This document shows positions 9,040 to 18,829 of a stretch of 64,000 nt of DNA, piece by piece. A program made the translations under genes and the position numbers. Below the pieces are notes generated by a model, which saw nothing but the letters and a program-made list of their open reading frames with translations, was not told the origin of the DNA and ran no database searches. The stretch comes from a phage: sequence record PZ445451.1, one strand, 5' to 3'. Each line of letters opens with the position of its first letter. Position 1 is the stretch's first letter.

Positions 9040-12000
9040 CTAATGACAACTGGCCCATGAGTTACCAACATCGTACCCAGCAGTGAGAGGTACATTAAGA
9101 TTGTAATACTCACCAGCTTTATTAACAGCGATAGATGCTAATTCTCCAGCACGACTGTAGGCTGTAAACCAACCACCTTTCGGAGATTCATGTACGTTCG
9201 CCCAAATCTTGCCAGTACGTTTCTCTTCCTCTTCTTTCCAGGCATTAACTTTATCCAAACATTCTTTATCAATTTTCTTTTGTTCTTCTGGATCATCAAC
9301 TTGAGTCCAACCTAAAGATTCTTTAGAGAACCATTTAAAATGCACCAGATCACGAGTTACTTCAAGTTGTGCTTCATCGTGATATGCAATCATTTGTTGA
9401 ACGAATGACTTATTTTTCCAGTCATCAACAAAAAAGTCAACAGCTAATCCTTCTTCTTCGATAAGATCGTCGTAGATAACCATTGCTCTTTTTGCACAAA
9501 TAACACCACCACTCTGGAACAGAGAGTTAAGTATTGCGTGTGCAGATCGTGTAGGTACTTTTCTACCATCAATACCGAGAATGTATTTCTTACCTGTTTT
9601 AACCCAAAAGTCATGCAGACGTTCTTTAAGAAGCGCAAGAGGTTTTGCAGCTTCCCAGAAAGCATCGTATACAAGCTGTCCTGTATACATATCACTACCT
9701 ATAGTTTTTGCTACTTTTGCAGCTTGAGCACCATAAGTAATACCATACTTAACAGATTTAGCAGGGCTTCGTTCAAACTTACGACCAATAGTGTCAGAAA
9801 TACGTCGAGCCATCATTGTATGAACATCATTAGGTTTTTCCAATAATAGAGCATTACAATATTCGTGTGGTTCCTGCTCGTACCGCCAACAATTCCCTGT
9901 AATCGTGATGCAGTCTTTCTGACGCATAACCCATGTACCGAGTTCTGTTTGTGGACACCAAACATCTTCTACACCCCATTCTTCAATAGTCAGACTTTGA
10001 ACAGGGATGTGAGAGCGGTTAGCCAACGTTGCCACTTTTACTTTCTGGTCTTTCGTATTGAAGGCTACAGAAATATTACCCCCATGAACCAGGTATGAGG
10101 CAGTTAAGGCTGCTTCAAAAAGTTCTCCTGGGTTCTGCGCCCAGCGCCAAACAGGTTTTTGTTTATGTTTGTGCCAGTAACCATCCGCAATCAAAAAACC
10201 TTCCAAGAAAGCCACACGCTCGGCATGAGACATATTAACTACACGTTCTACCCACGGAACATCCCATTTACCTTGTTGAACAGAAGTTAAACTATTTACT
10301 TGATCTTGTTCCATGTTAAATGGAGCATTACAAATAATGTTATCTCCTGTGCAAAGCTCGGCAGTTGTTCTGACTTTAGGCACATAAGTATTCCCTGTAC
10401 TACGAGTATTAACATACCAACGGTGATCTGCTGTTGCACGATAAGTATGGGATTTTCCTTTAATCTCAAACGTCTTACTATTTTTATAGAAGACCTTACC
10501 TTTTACTTTAGTCCATTCTTTAAGTCCTGTTTCTGGGTTATATCCTAAGATTTCATCCCCTTCTTGTAGATCGTGATAACCAACCCAACCTTTACGGGTT
10601 AGTGCTTGTGCATCCATAGGTACACAGTAGTGTGATTCTATTTTTGCCTCAAGAGAATCAAAGTCATAACCAATTTGGAAGTATTTTGGAACTTCTACAC
10701 CAAATAAGTTACGCATTTCATATCCGTACAGAGATGTTACACGTGGGATATTTGCTACTAACCTATGTTTCATACGAGATGTAGCTGCATCACACGTTGC
10801 AGCAGGAGTTGGTATACGACCATCAGCCCTTACTGCTGCCAGATAACCTTTATCGTAATCCTCTTCATCTTCTTCCCAATCAGCACCACCACCTAGAATA
10901 GAGTTCCTACGGTGTTTATACGTAAGATACTGCACAATCTGCGTAGCATAAGGAAACTTTTCACCCAGTGCTTCCAAGTTAGGACAAATATCTTTCTCTT
11001 GCCCTTTTGTAAAGGAAGGGTTCGTAAGCACTTTAACACCACGACCTTTAGCTTTAGCAATACGATCTCTTAGTTTCCATTCCAAAGTTTCTGGTGTGCA
11101 CTCCAGATGATCACATCTGTCCTGGCAGAAGTTAGATGCTAACGTTTGATCAACATAGTCACGAATAGCTTTCTCCATTTGTGCTTCATCTTTCTTAATC
11201 TTAGTGCCAGATTTAAGAGTGATATCTTTATCTTTGTATTCAGATGGACTCCAACCTAAACCAACTAACCAGTTTTTAATATGTGTAGTGTCGTCTAAAG
11301 TAGCAGGTACTGTAGGATCACAAATAGGTTCTTCTGCTGGAATAGGGAGTTTAAACTCTTTACCTAAAGCAAATAACCACCAACCATCTTCTTTTTGTAC
11401 AAGTTCACCAGAATGTTTCTCTGCAAACTTTATCATGTTACTTGAAGGTTCACCATTCTTTTTAAACTGTAGTTTAGGTGGAATGAATGATTTCAAATAA
11501 CCTTTGGTAGCAGGTTTAGGAGGTAGCACAGGTTCTGCCTCTAAACGACATGCTTCCATTCGAGCATCCAGATCACGAATATTATCTTCTGCTTGTTTCA
11601 TATTGAAAGCAAAGCCACGGTGCTCTTGACGTGTAATAATATCAGCTACACGTTGTTCTAAGTTAAATGGTTCAGACCACTTATTATAATCACCCCACTC
11701 TTCCATCAAATAACGGAACACTGCGGTGTTAGCTTTGTTATCGTAAATACAGTAATACAGCATATCTGCTGCAAATGTTTTAAATCTTTCAGTTTCAGGG
11801 ATGTTTTTTCTAAAATCAATTTTAACATCCCCTCCAGCTTTCTTAGATAACTCTGCCAGACTATGACCACCGAAGCGATCAGGGTTTAGTGTCTTACTTA
11901 AGATCATAGTATCACAAATTTCAATGTTACTATTACCCCAAGTATTGTACTTAATACTGTAGTTGAGTTTAAAAAATAATTTAATTGCCAGTAAGTCGAA

Positions 12001-12354
12001 GTTAATGATGTTGTGTCCAACTACTTTGGTAATTTTATAGTTTGAATTACCTTTAAATTTACCTGTTCCATTTACAAAATCAGGAAAATCTTTAAGAGGG
12101 AAATGGGTATATTCTAAATGCTCATATTCCTCCAATCGGTATTCATACTTTCCGTCAGTCTCAATATACGGACGACCATCGAAAAGATATTTATCACCAT
12201 CATGGAAAGCAATAATCTCTCCAGTATCATGACTTTCGCACACAATACAGTGCATTGCAAAACTATCTTTTAAACGATATGGACTTGCCAAGTAATCTAC
12301 ACTTTCGTCATTAAGCAAGTTGTTACTTTCAATGTCGAAAGTAAAAGCTCCCAT
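9040..12354 (-). CDS. DNA polymerase family A with 3'-5' exonuclease domain, interrupted by an intein
   Basis: Motif A GYDFDSLEAKIESHY, motif B RSPAKSVKYGITYG, motif C AYHDE; AAGGAGG RBS; 245-residue insert between motifs A and B. Confidence 0.9.
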   Translation of the reverse strand: MGAFTFDIESNNLLNDESVDYLASPYRLKDSFAMHCIVCESHDTGEIIAFHDGDKYLFDGRPYIETDGKYEYRLEEYEHLEYTHFPLKDFPDFVNGTGKFKGNSNYKITKVVGHNIINFDLLAIKLFFKLNYSIKYNTWGNSNIEICDTMILSKTLNPDRFGGHSLAELSKKAGGDVKIDFRKNIPETERFKTFAADMLYYCIYDNKANTAVFRYLMEEWGDYNKWSEPFNLEQRVADIITRQEHRGFAFNMKQAEDNIRDLDARMEACRLEAEPVLPPKPATKGYLKSFIPPKLQFKKNGEPSSNMIKFAEKHSGELVQKEDGWWLFALGKEFKLPIPAEEPICDPTVPATLDDTTHIKNWLVGLGWSPSEYKDKDITLKSGTKIKKDEAQMEKAIRDYVDQTLASNFCQDRCDHLECTPETLEWKLRDRIAKAKGRGVKVLTNPSFTKGQEKDICPNLEALGEKFPYATQIVQYLTYKHRRNSILGGGADWEEDEEDYDKGYLAAVRADGRIPTPAATCDAATSRMKHRLVANIPRVTSLYGYEMRNLFGVEVPKYFQIGYDFDSLEAKIESHYCVPMDAQALTRKGWVGYHDLQEGDEILGYNPETGLKEWTKVKGKVFYKNSKTFEIKGKSHTYRATADHRWYVNTRSTGNTYVPKVRTTAELCTGDNIICNAPFNMEQDQVNSLTSVQQGKWDVPWVERVVNMSHAERVAFLEGFLIADGYWHKHKQKPVWRWAQNPGELFEAALTASYLVHGGNISVAFNTKDQKVKVATLANRSHIPVQSLTIEEWGVEDVWCPQTELGTWVMRQKDCITITGNCWRYEQEPHEYCNALLLEKPNDVHTMMARRISDTIGRKFERSPAKSVKYGITYGAQAAKVAKTIGSDMYTGQLVYDAFWEAAKPLALLKERLHDFWVKTGKKYILGIDGRKVPTRSAHAILNSLFQSGGVICAKRAMVIYDDLIEEEGLAVDFFVDDWKNKSFVQQMIAYHDEAQLEVTRDLVHFKWFSKESLGWTQVDDPEEQKKIDKECLDKVNAWKEEEEKRTGKIWANVHESPKGGWFTAYSRAGELASIAVNKAGEYYNLNVPLTAGYDVGNSWASCH
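9892..10626 (-). mobile_element. Intein in DNA polymerase with LAGLIDADG-like homing-endonuclease motif
   Basis: Starts with Cys right after motif A, TADH block B, LEGFLIADGY motif, ends ...ITITGN followed by Cys; removal restores normal A-to-B spacing. Confidence 0.65.
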
Positions 12355-12422
12355 TCTCCCTCCTTAAAATATTTCTAAAGTCTTAATTTGTTAATACTGT
12401 ACCACAAATTAATTGTTTTGTA

Positions 12423-12440
12423 AAGGGGCTTTCGCCCCTT
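12423..12440 (-). terminator. Hairpin AAGGGGC-TTTC-GCCCCTT upstream of polymerase gene
   Basis: GC stem with flanking A/T runs between two minus-strand genes. Confidence 0.45.
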
Positions 12441-12444
12441 CTTG

Positions 12445-12840
12445 TTATTTATTGTCAGCACTTAGTTGTACTTTAATAAGGCAATTAGGGACACCATTGG
12501 TATTTCTCAAGCCTACACGGTCAATTTTAACTGTTCCTGTTAAGCCACTAAAAGTGGAAACAATGTTATTAATGTTTTCATCCTTACTAGCGATATCAAG
12601 AACAACTTTATCACTAACATTTTTCAGCATACGATCTACAAGCTCTCCCACAAAACCACTGGTAGTTTGAATGAGAAGGTATAGGCAACCATCCTCAAAC
12701 CACAAATGTTCACCATAAGCATAACCGTATGGTTCTAATTCTAATCCGTCTTGAAATTTAAACTTAGCAATAGTTTTCGTATAATCATATGCTAAAGCAG
12801 AAGGGCATACCCCATAGAGGATGTTTTCGTTGTCTTTCAT
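12445..12840 (-). CDS. Hypothetical protein
   Basis: Start moved to internal ATG (MKDNENILYG) preceded by AAGGAG, which removes overlap with primase-helicase. Confidence 0.5.
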   Translation of the reverse strand: MKDNENILYGVCPSALAYDYTKTIAKFKFQDGLELEPYGYAYGEHLWFEDGCLYLLIQTTSGFVGELVDRMLKNVSDKVVLDIASKDENINNIVSTFSGLTGTVKIDRVGLRNTNGVPNCLIKVQLSADNK

Positions 12841-12850
12841 ATTTTTCTCC

Positions 12851-14623
12851 TTAATAAGAACCAGCAGAAATATTTTCTGGGTTACTTGTGTATTGATCGT
12901 AATCGTGAAGTGTAGCTGTTTTAATCTCATAGAAGAAACTACCTGCTGCACCAGTCTCTGAGAACTCACGGTTCTTTAGGATGTAGCAATATGTGCGGTT
13001 ACGTTCCATAGGATCTTCAGCTTGTTTATCACGCTCCAGCGCAATTGTGATACCAGCACCTTTAGCAAGGAAGCTACTACCCATTGCATCATCTTCTACA
13101 ATATGCTCATTACTATTGTTAGAAGACTTTTTAACGTGTGAAATTACAACAATGGTTATTGCGTACTCTTTCATAATGCGTTTGAGCCACGTCGCAAGTT
13201 CCTCTTGTTGTGACACGTCCATACCAGAAAGCAAATCAGAATAAGGGTCGATAACAAGAATGGTTACTCCGAAATAAATAATCATTTCCAGAACCTTCTC
13301 TTTAATCACATCTACGTTAGCTCCACGATCATCACAAACATAGAAACGTGGTGTTCCATCTTCCCGTTCGTAAAAATCACGAATCTTTTCTTCATTATCT
13401 TTTAAAATCTTTTCCTTCTCTTCTTTCGTTTTACGGTGAAGAGGGATATGCAAGAATGAAGACAGTAAGTTACGAGAATACTTCTTATACGTTGCCTCCA
13501 AAGATAAAATACCAAGAGTATGTTCTGGGTGTGCAAGAATAATGTGTTTCGTAATCTCGTTAACCAACAGTGTCTTACCGATACTTGTTTTTGCAAGTAT
13601 AACAGTAATTTCTTCTTCTACCAAGCCTCCACCTAACATATTCGAAGCAACACGCATGAATGGAGGAAGGGTGATCATTTTAGCTTCCAAGCATTCCAAG
13701 GCTGCTTCATACAGTACGTTAGAAGCGTAAACACCAGCAGGTGTGTACAGTTTAGCTTTGAAAAAGCGATCAATAAAATGATCAATTTTTCCTTCTACTA
13801 GTGCTTGGTTAGGATCTTTAACATCCGTTAGTTCCATCACGTAAACTTTATTACGTGGTAAGATTTTAACACATTTCTCAACTGCTGCACGTCCAGCTTC
13901 ATCATTATCCATACATAGAACAATCTTTTTAAATTGATCTAAGAATTTATAACGATGTTGAAGCTGCTTATGCAGAGATGTTTCGCCACAAGTACCAGAT
14001 ACTACAGCAGGAACAGGATATTTACCACCCTTGTTATAATCTTTTAGCATCTGTGTTGCAGCCAGCATATCGTGTTCACCACCAACGATTAGAATAGTAC
14101 CGCTGTGGTTACGATATTTAAACTCCCCAAAAAGATCACAATCCTTTCCTGTTTCACCGATAGGATGTGAGAAATCTTTTGGATCGATACGTTGTTTATA
14201 CCCAGCAATATTGTAATCTTTAGTTGTAGGGTATAGTGTTGAAATTACTTCGCCAGTAGCTTCATCGTACATATAGCGTACACCGAAAGGCTTAGAGATA
14301 TCTTCACGAATACCGCGATAACCTTTTGGATTAGTTCCAGTGCTGGCTTTTAGTTTATCATGTACTTCTGGATTAAACTCACTACCCAAGATATCCTCCT
14401 CTTCAATTTCTTCGCCGTGTGCATTTAACCATTTTTGATCAGGGATAGTAAAGCCACAAGAAAAACAATGTGCGCCTCGATGGTCTTCATCGGCATCTAA
14501 GCCATATACCATCAAATTGTTTTGTGATCGATCACGCCCTCCTTTCATACAACGAGGACACCCAGTATGTCCTTCTTGACTTAGATCAATGTTATACCCA
14601 TATTTATTTACAACATAAGACAC
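12851..14623 (-). CDS. Bifunctional primase-helicase (T7 gp4-like)
   Basis: N-terminal zinc ribbon CPRCMKGG...HCFSCGF, TOPRIM-like CMDNDEAG, Walker A AKTSIGKT and DnaB-like C-terminal domain. Confidence 0.85.
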   Translation of the reverse strand: MSYVVNKYGYNIDLSQEGHTGCPRCMKGGRDRSQNNLMVYGLDADEDHRGAHCFSCGFTIPDQKWLNAHGEEIEEEDILGSEFNPEVHDKLKASTGTNPKGYRGIREDISKPFGVRYMYDEATGEVISTLYPTTKDYNIAGYKQRIDPKDFSHPIGETGKDCDLFGEFKYRNHSGTILIVGGEHDMLAATQMLKDYNKGGKYPVPAVVSGTCGETSLHKQLQHRYKFLDQFKKIVLCMDNDEAGRAAVEKCVKILPRNKVYVMELTDVKDPNQALVEGKIDHFIDRFFKAKLYTPAGVYASNVLYEAALECLEAKMITLPPFMRVASNMLGGGLVEEEITVILAKTSIGKTLLVNEITKHIILAHPEHTLGILSLEATYKKYSRNLLSSFLHIPLHRKTKEEKEKILKDNEEKIRDFYEREDGTPRFYVCDDRGANVDVIKEKVLEMIIYFGVTILVIDPYSDLLSGMDVSQQEELATWLKRIMKEYAITIVVISHVKKSSNNSNEHIVEDDAMGSSFLAKGAGITIALERDKQAEDPMERNRTYCYILKNREFSETGAAGSFFYEIKTATLHDYDQYTSNPENISAGSY

Positions 14624-14635
14624 AGGATTCTCCTA

Positions 14636-14905
14636 CTAAAATGATTCGTTTGTCTCCATAATATATTGCATTTCCAAATCTTCCATATGTTTCTTAAATT
14701 GGTAAACAATTTCCGATGGGGAAATATCTATATCAAAAAGTTCTTTTGTACCAGAATAAAATCTAATACCATCAACAATAAGACCACCATAATAATCCCA
14801 ATCACTTTCTCGTGAGAAAGGGTTAGGTTCTTCATAATAGTAATCTACTTCAACAATAATAGGCTCTTTATTATCTTGTTTATACTCAAAATCAAAAGTG
14901 TTCAT
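14636..14905 (-). CDS. Hypothetical acidic protein
   Basis: 89 aa ORF packed between primase-helicase and glycosyltransferase genes. Confidence 0.45.
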   Translation of the reverse strand: MNTFDFEYKQDNKEPIIVEVDYYYEEPNPFSRESDWDYYGGLIVDGIRFYSGTKELFDIDISPSEIVYQFKKHMEDLEMQYIMETNESF

Positions 14906-15849
14906 TATAAATCCTCGATAAGCAGTCTGCGGGTTTCATTTAAATCATCAATATTGTAGTTATCTCTTACATACTTAGCAAGAGCCAATCCTTTCTCAAT
15001 ACAAACATCAGGAGATTCGATTAAGTATTCTACAATATCTTTCCACTCTTTAACTGAATCAGCAAAGAAGATTAGATCTTTAAATTCTTCAGTATAATAG
15101 TTCTCTCGTGGCGAACAAACGAGTGGCAAACCTTTAGCACCAGCTTCAAGAATTTTTAAATTACTTTTGGCATTATTAAAATGATTATTTACTAACGGAG
15201 CTATGGAGATTTGATGACCATCGTATGCTTCCATATAACACTCATAAGGACGAATACCTTCATAAACACAATCTGGTTGAATATTTTCTTTAATTTGCAA
15301 CCATTGAGCACTACTCAACTCTTCGTGATCTCTACGAAATCCACATAAAGTTAAATCTTTACCAAAATCAGGAAGAATTGCTAAATCATGTTTATGTGTT
15401 TCACTTCCCGCCCAAACCAGTGGACTTTTAGAATAACGATCTTTAGTAAGAACAAACTGTCCTTCATCAAAAGGTAATCCGTTAGGCACAATATGTACAT
15501 TATCATTGTATTGGCTTAATTCAACCTTTAATGCCGGAGTTGTTGTAGTTACAAGATCGCTTCTTTCAAGGAACCATTTTAGGTCATCTCGGATTTGATT
15601 TTCAAATAGTCCTTCAAGCATATGCCCTTCAGGAATAATTAAAGAATCATCCAGATCCATTACCAATTTAAACCCAAGTTGTTTAAGAGCCAGGAAACCT
15701 GGCTTTCCACGTGTTGGTACTCCATTGAACACAAAAATATTATGCTTAGGATTAATGGTCAGTTTGCGTTTATATGGCAAAATGATTCTATGAAAATCAC
15801 ATACACTATACTTTTCATTTCCGCGTGTGTCAAGAATAATATTAGGCAT
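14905..15849 (-). CDS. Glycosyltransferase, GT-B fold (paralog 1)
   Basis: C-terminal SNLKILEAGAKGLPLVCSP donor-binding-like motif; shares blocks CD(F/Y)HRI, VFN(G/R)V, DLDD, LTKDRYS with the adjacent gene. Confidence 0.55.
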   Translation of the reverse strand: MPNIILDTRGNEKYSVCDFHRIILPYKRKLTINPKHNIFVFNGVPTRGKPGFLALKQLGFKLVMDLDDSLIIPEGHMLEGLFENQIRDDLKWFLERSDLVTTTTPALKVELSQYNDNVHIVPNGLPFDEGQFVLTKDRYSKSPLVWAGSETHKHDLAILPDFGKDLTLCGFRRDHEELSSAQWLQIKENIQPDCVYEGIRPYECYMEAYDGHQISIAPLVNNHFNNAKSNLKILEAGAKGLPLVCSPRENYYTEEFKDLIFFADSVKEWKDIVEYLIESPDVCIEKGLALAKYVRDNYNIDDLNETRRLLIEDL

Positions 15850-15860
15850 ATAACTCCTTG

Positions 15861-16835
15861 TTAAAGACTTTCAATAACTTGACGACGCAGTTCATTGGCA
15901 TCTGCAAGATTATAATTAAGACGAACGTGTTCTGCAAGCATCATACCACGATCTTCTGTGTATCTAGGGTTCCTCATTAGCTTGACAACTTCATAATGCC
16001 AAGATGCTTTAGAGTCTGCATAGATAACAGCCTTTGCATCTACCGGATTGAAGTACGGCAGCACAGGAGAACAGATAATAGGAAGACCCTTTGCACCTGC
16101 TTCCAAAATCTTCAAATTGCTTTTACAGTTGTTGAAGTCATTATCTACCAGAGGAGCAATTGCAATACTGTGACCGTCATACACAGACATATACTCACCT
16201 AAATTTTTAATAGCTGGTTTATACTGTGCATTTGGAATTTTACGTTTTATTTTAACCCACTCCGCAGTAGTTAGATACTGACTGTTATTTCCAACAGGTG
16301 CAGAAGGATACACTTCATACCCTGCAATTGTCAATAGTGTATCATCAAATGTATTAGCTACAAGAGATAAATCAGGTTCATGGCTTGCTCCTCCAGCCCA
16401 AACAATAGGCGTGTCAGAATAACGGTCTTTTGTTAAAGTAAATTGACCTTCGTCGTAAGGCAGTGCGTTTCTAATAACGACAACATTACGATTTAAATGA
16501 CGAATTTTGTAAGCTAGGTATTCTGTTGTTACTGTAACAACATCTGCTAACTTAACCATCTCTACAATAGTTTTTGAGTGATTAGTAAATACGCCAGCCA
16601 TATAATGTTCAGGATTAAGCGAATAAAAATCATCTAAATCAACAATAATCTTAACACCTTGTGCCTTCAGGCGTTTAACTTCGTCTGATCCACGAGAATA
16701 CACTCTATTAAAAACTAAAACGTCTTTCTTAGGCTTAAACGTATTTCCCGCAAATGGCATTACAATACGATGGTAATCACAACCACTGCCTAACTTATTA
16801 TCACACTTAAGTACAGGAGTATTAGGATTTACCAT
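15861..16835 (-). CDS. Glycosyltransferase, GT-B fold (paralog 2)
   Basis: Same blocks as 14905-15849 including SNLKILEAGAKGLPIICSP; start set at internal ATG 6 nt after AGGAGG. Confidence 0.55.
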   Translation of the reverse strand: MVNPNTPVLKCDNKLGSGCDYHRIVMPFAGNTFKPKKDVLVFNRVYSRGSDEVKRLKAQGVKIIVDLDDFYSLNPEHYMAGVFTNHSKTIVEMVKLADVVTVTTEYLAYKIRHLNRNVVVIRNALPYDEGQFTLTKDRYSDTPIVWAGGASHEPDLSLVANTFDDTLLTIAGYEVYPSAPVGNNSQYLTTAEWVKIKRKIPNAQYKPAIKNLGEYMSVYDGHSIAIAPLVDNDFNNCKSNLKILEAGAKGLPIICSPVLPYFNPVDAKAVIYADSKASWHYEVVKLMRNPRYTEDRGMMLAEHVRLNYNLADANELRRQVIESL

Positions 16836-17508
16836 ATTTTTGAGCCTCCTCATAAGAGATAAAAGTTTTACCATTGCGAAGATCCTCCAGTGATTGTTTA
16901 TATTGTTCCCAGTTTACACCAATCCCCTGTTCTTTCTCTTCTTTTGACAGATTCGCAAAAGGTAAAGGATTATCTCCAAACACATCGTCAGGATGGATAA
17001 ACGCCATAATTCGAATAGGACATGGTACACCGAGAATGCCTCGGTTCAAACCTGCCAGTGGAACGCGCTGAATCCACTCTGCATCTTCATATCCATAACC
17101 GTGGGTGTATGAGCGGAAATAGCCAGCTTTCTCAATAACTGCACGGGAATACATACCAAACTGGCACATACCTAGTTCCCAAATAACCACCTCCCCTTCA
17201 ATACCTTTTACTTTATCTTTAAAGTATTCAGGCATACCAAAGAAATCCCAACCATTTTCCTTTGCCTGTTTTACAAAATATGTTTCCCACCCTGGAACAA
17301 CAGGGTAGCAATCATCATCAAAAATAAACCAGTAGTCATACCCTTCATCATAAAACTTTTTCATCAGTTCATTACGGGCATATGCAACACCTTTTCGTTC
17401 ACGATCATACTGTACAACAAAAGTAGCATTAGGATCAGTCACAAGATAATCTTTAAGAGGACGCTTACCTACAGTAATAACACCAACACCAATTTTTGTA
17501 TTTTCCAA
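16822..17508 (-). CDS. Glycosyltransferase, GT-A fold (family-2-like)
   Basis: FIFDDDCYP DxD-type motif and YGYEDAEW motif. Confidence 0.6.
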   Translation of the reverse strand: MENTKIGVGVITVGKRPLKDYLVTDPNATFVVQYDRERKGVAYARNELMKKFYDEGYDYWFIFDDDCYPVVPGWETYFVKQAKENGWDFFGMPEYFKDKVKGIEGEVVIWELGMCQFGMYSRAVIEKAGYFRSYTHGYGYEDAEWIQRVPLAGLNRGILGVPCPIRIMAFIHPDDVFGDNPLPFANLSKEEKEQGIGVNWEQYKQSLEDLRNGKTFISYEEAQKYGKS

Positions 17509-17517
17509 AATAACTCC

Positions 17518-18081
17518 TTAAATAATTTTATTCATGTCTTGACAATGTAAAAGGTGTGAAACAGCTTTTCTAGGATCATCATTACCTAAACGGTAGGTGT
17601 GAAATAAATATAACCCACGTAATAAACCTAGCCTTTTGTTGTTAGCATGTAATGCTTTAGAGAAAATTATATCAAACTGTATTGACCTTTCCTCAAAAGG
17701 GATTTCATTCCACAGACTCTTACGAAAGAGAAGAAAGAATCCTGCTAAGATAGCATCTGTAGGTACTTCCTCTATTGAGTTTCCCCATTCTAGATGTGCT
17801 CTTTTTGCAATCTCAATGTGGTGTAATATATTCGGATCTTCACTTCTTTCATTATTAAATAATTGATATGTTGATCCCAATCTGTTACAAGATGCACCAA
17901 GAACATCAAAATCAGGATTTGAACGGACAATTGATTCCAGCCAAGCAGGTTGTTCTGGAAGAAGAAACATTGTATCAATGTCTCTTAGGCAAATCCAACT
18001 ATCTTCTGGTAAGACACTTATTGTGTCATTGATACCTTTTCCAATATCTCCAGAAAGATAGGGAGTTATGTGAAATATCAT
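17518..18081 (-). CDS. Putative small glycosyltransferase-like protein
   Basis: ICLRDIDTMF DxD-like motif; clustered with three glycosyltransferases; weak assignment. Confidence 0.3.
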   Translation of the reverse strand: MIFHITPYLSGDIGKGINDTISVLPEDSWICLRDIDTMFLLPEQPAWLESIVRSNPDFDVLGASCNRLGSTYQLFNNERSEDPNILHHIEIAKRAHLEWGNSIEEVPTDAILAGFFLLFRKSLWNEIPFEERSIQFDIIFSKALHANNKRLGLLRGLYLFHTYRLGNDDPRKAVSHLLHCQDMNKII

Positions 18082-18138
18082 ACTCCCTCCGTATTATTAC
18101 TTTAGCATTTTTAGACTAAAAAGTCAAAATGGTTTTAC

Positions 18139-18333
18139 CTATTGATTACGTTTTGCGAGTTCCATTTGGATAGCTAAACTGTGATCTCGTGCTTCCATAT
18201 ACTCTTTATATGTTTCATTAAGATGATCACGACAAACATCACGCAGTTTAATCAGTTTATCTGTAGGGATACCACTAAGATCATCCCAAGATTTTACAAC
18301 TTCACCAGTATCATTGATCCCAATGGTTTTCAT
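18139..18333 (-). CDS. Hypothetical small protein
   Basis: 64 aa ORF in operon context. Confidence 0.4.
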   Translation of the reverse strand: MKTIGINDTGEVVKSWDDLSGIPTDKLIKLRDVCRDHLNETYKEYMEARDHSLAIQMELAKRNQ

Positions 18334-18589
18334 CTACAACCTCCTTAATTGCTACAGCACAGTTTTTGCAGATACACTGCCCTTTACCTTTAGAAATCTG
18401 GATGTAAGGTTCATTTTCATTTTCGCCCTTACGTGAGTCATATATTACAGAATTGAAGCACACAACGCAAATATTTTTTAAGATTGTATACTTATCAACT
18501 TTCTTTTTTGTTTTAAAGTTAACTTCAATAACATCAGCCATCAGTGTAACACTCCCAGTATATTGCTTTGTGACATAACCATAGAACAT
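18311..18589 (-). CDS. Cys-rich small protein, probable zinc ribbon
   Basis: CVVCFN...CICKNC paired CxxC motifs. Confidence 0.4.
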   Translation of the reverse strand: MFYGYVTKQYTGSVTLMADVIEVNFKTKKKVDKYTILKNICVVCFNSVIYDSRKGENENEPYIQISKGKGQCICKNCAVAIKEVVDENHWDQ

Positions 18590-18819
18590 TCAACATTATC
18601 GTGACTACGTGAAAAACGTTCCCAAACATCTTCATCGACTCGTAAAGCTATACAAGGATAGACGTTATCATTGATCATTTCAATTGAATAAACATCCACA
18701 TTGTCTTCGTCTTCGATGAACATCATTGCAAACTGTTCTAAATGTTTCCTAATGTAATGTACATCCTCTTCTGTAAGACCAATAACAAGATAACTTGCAA
18801 CGATAACGCCATCTTTCAT
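18541..18819 (-). CDS. Hypothetical small protein
   Basis: 92 aa ORF in operon context. Confidence 0.4.
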   Translation of the reverse strand: MKDGVIVASYLVIGLTEEDVHYIRKHLEQFAMMFIEDEDNVDVYSIEMINDNVYPCIALRVDEDVWERFSRSHDNVECSMVMSQSNILGVLH

Positions 18820-18829
18820 CTATATCTCC

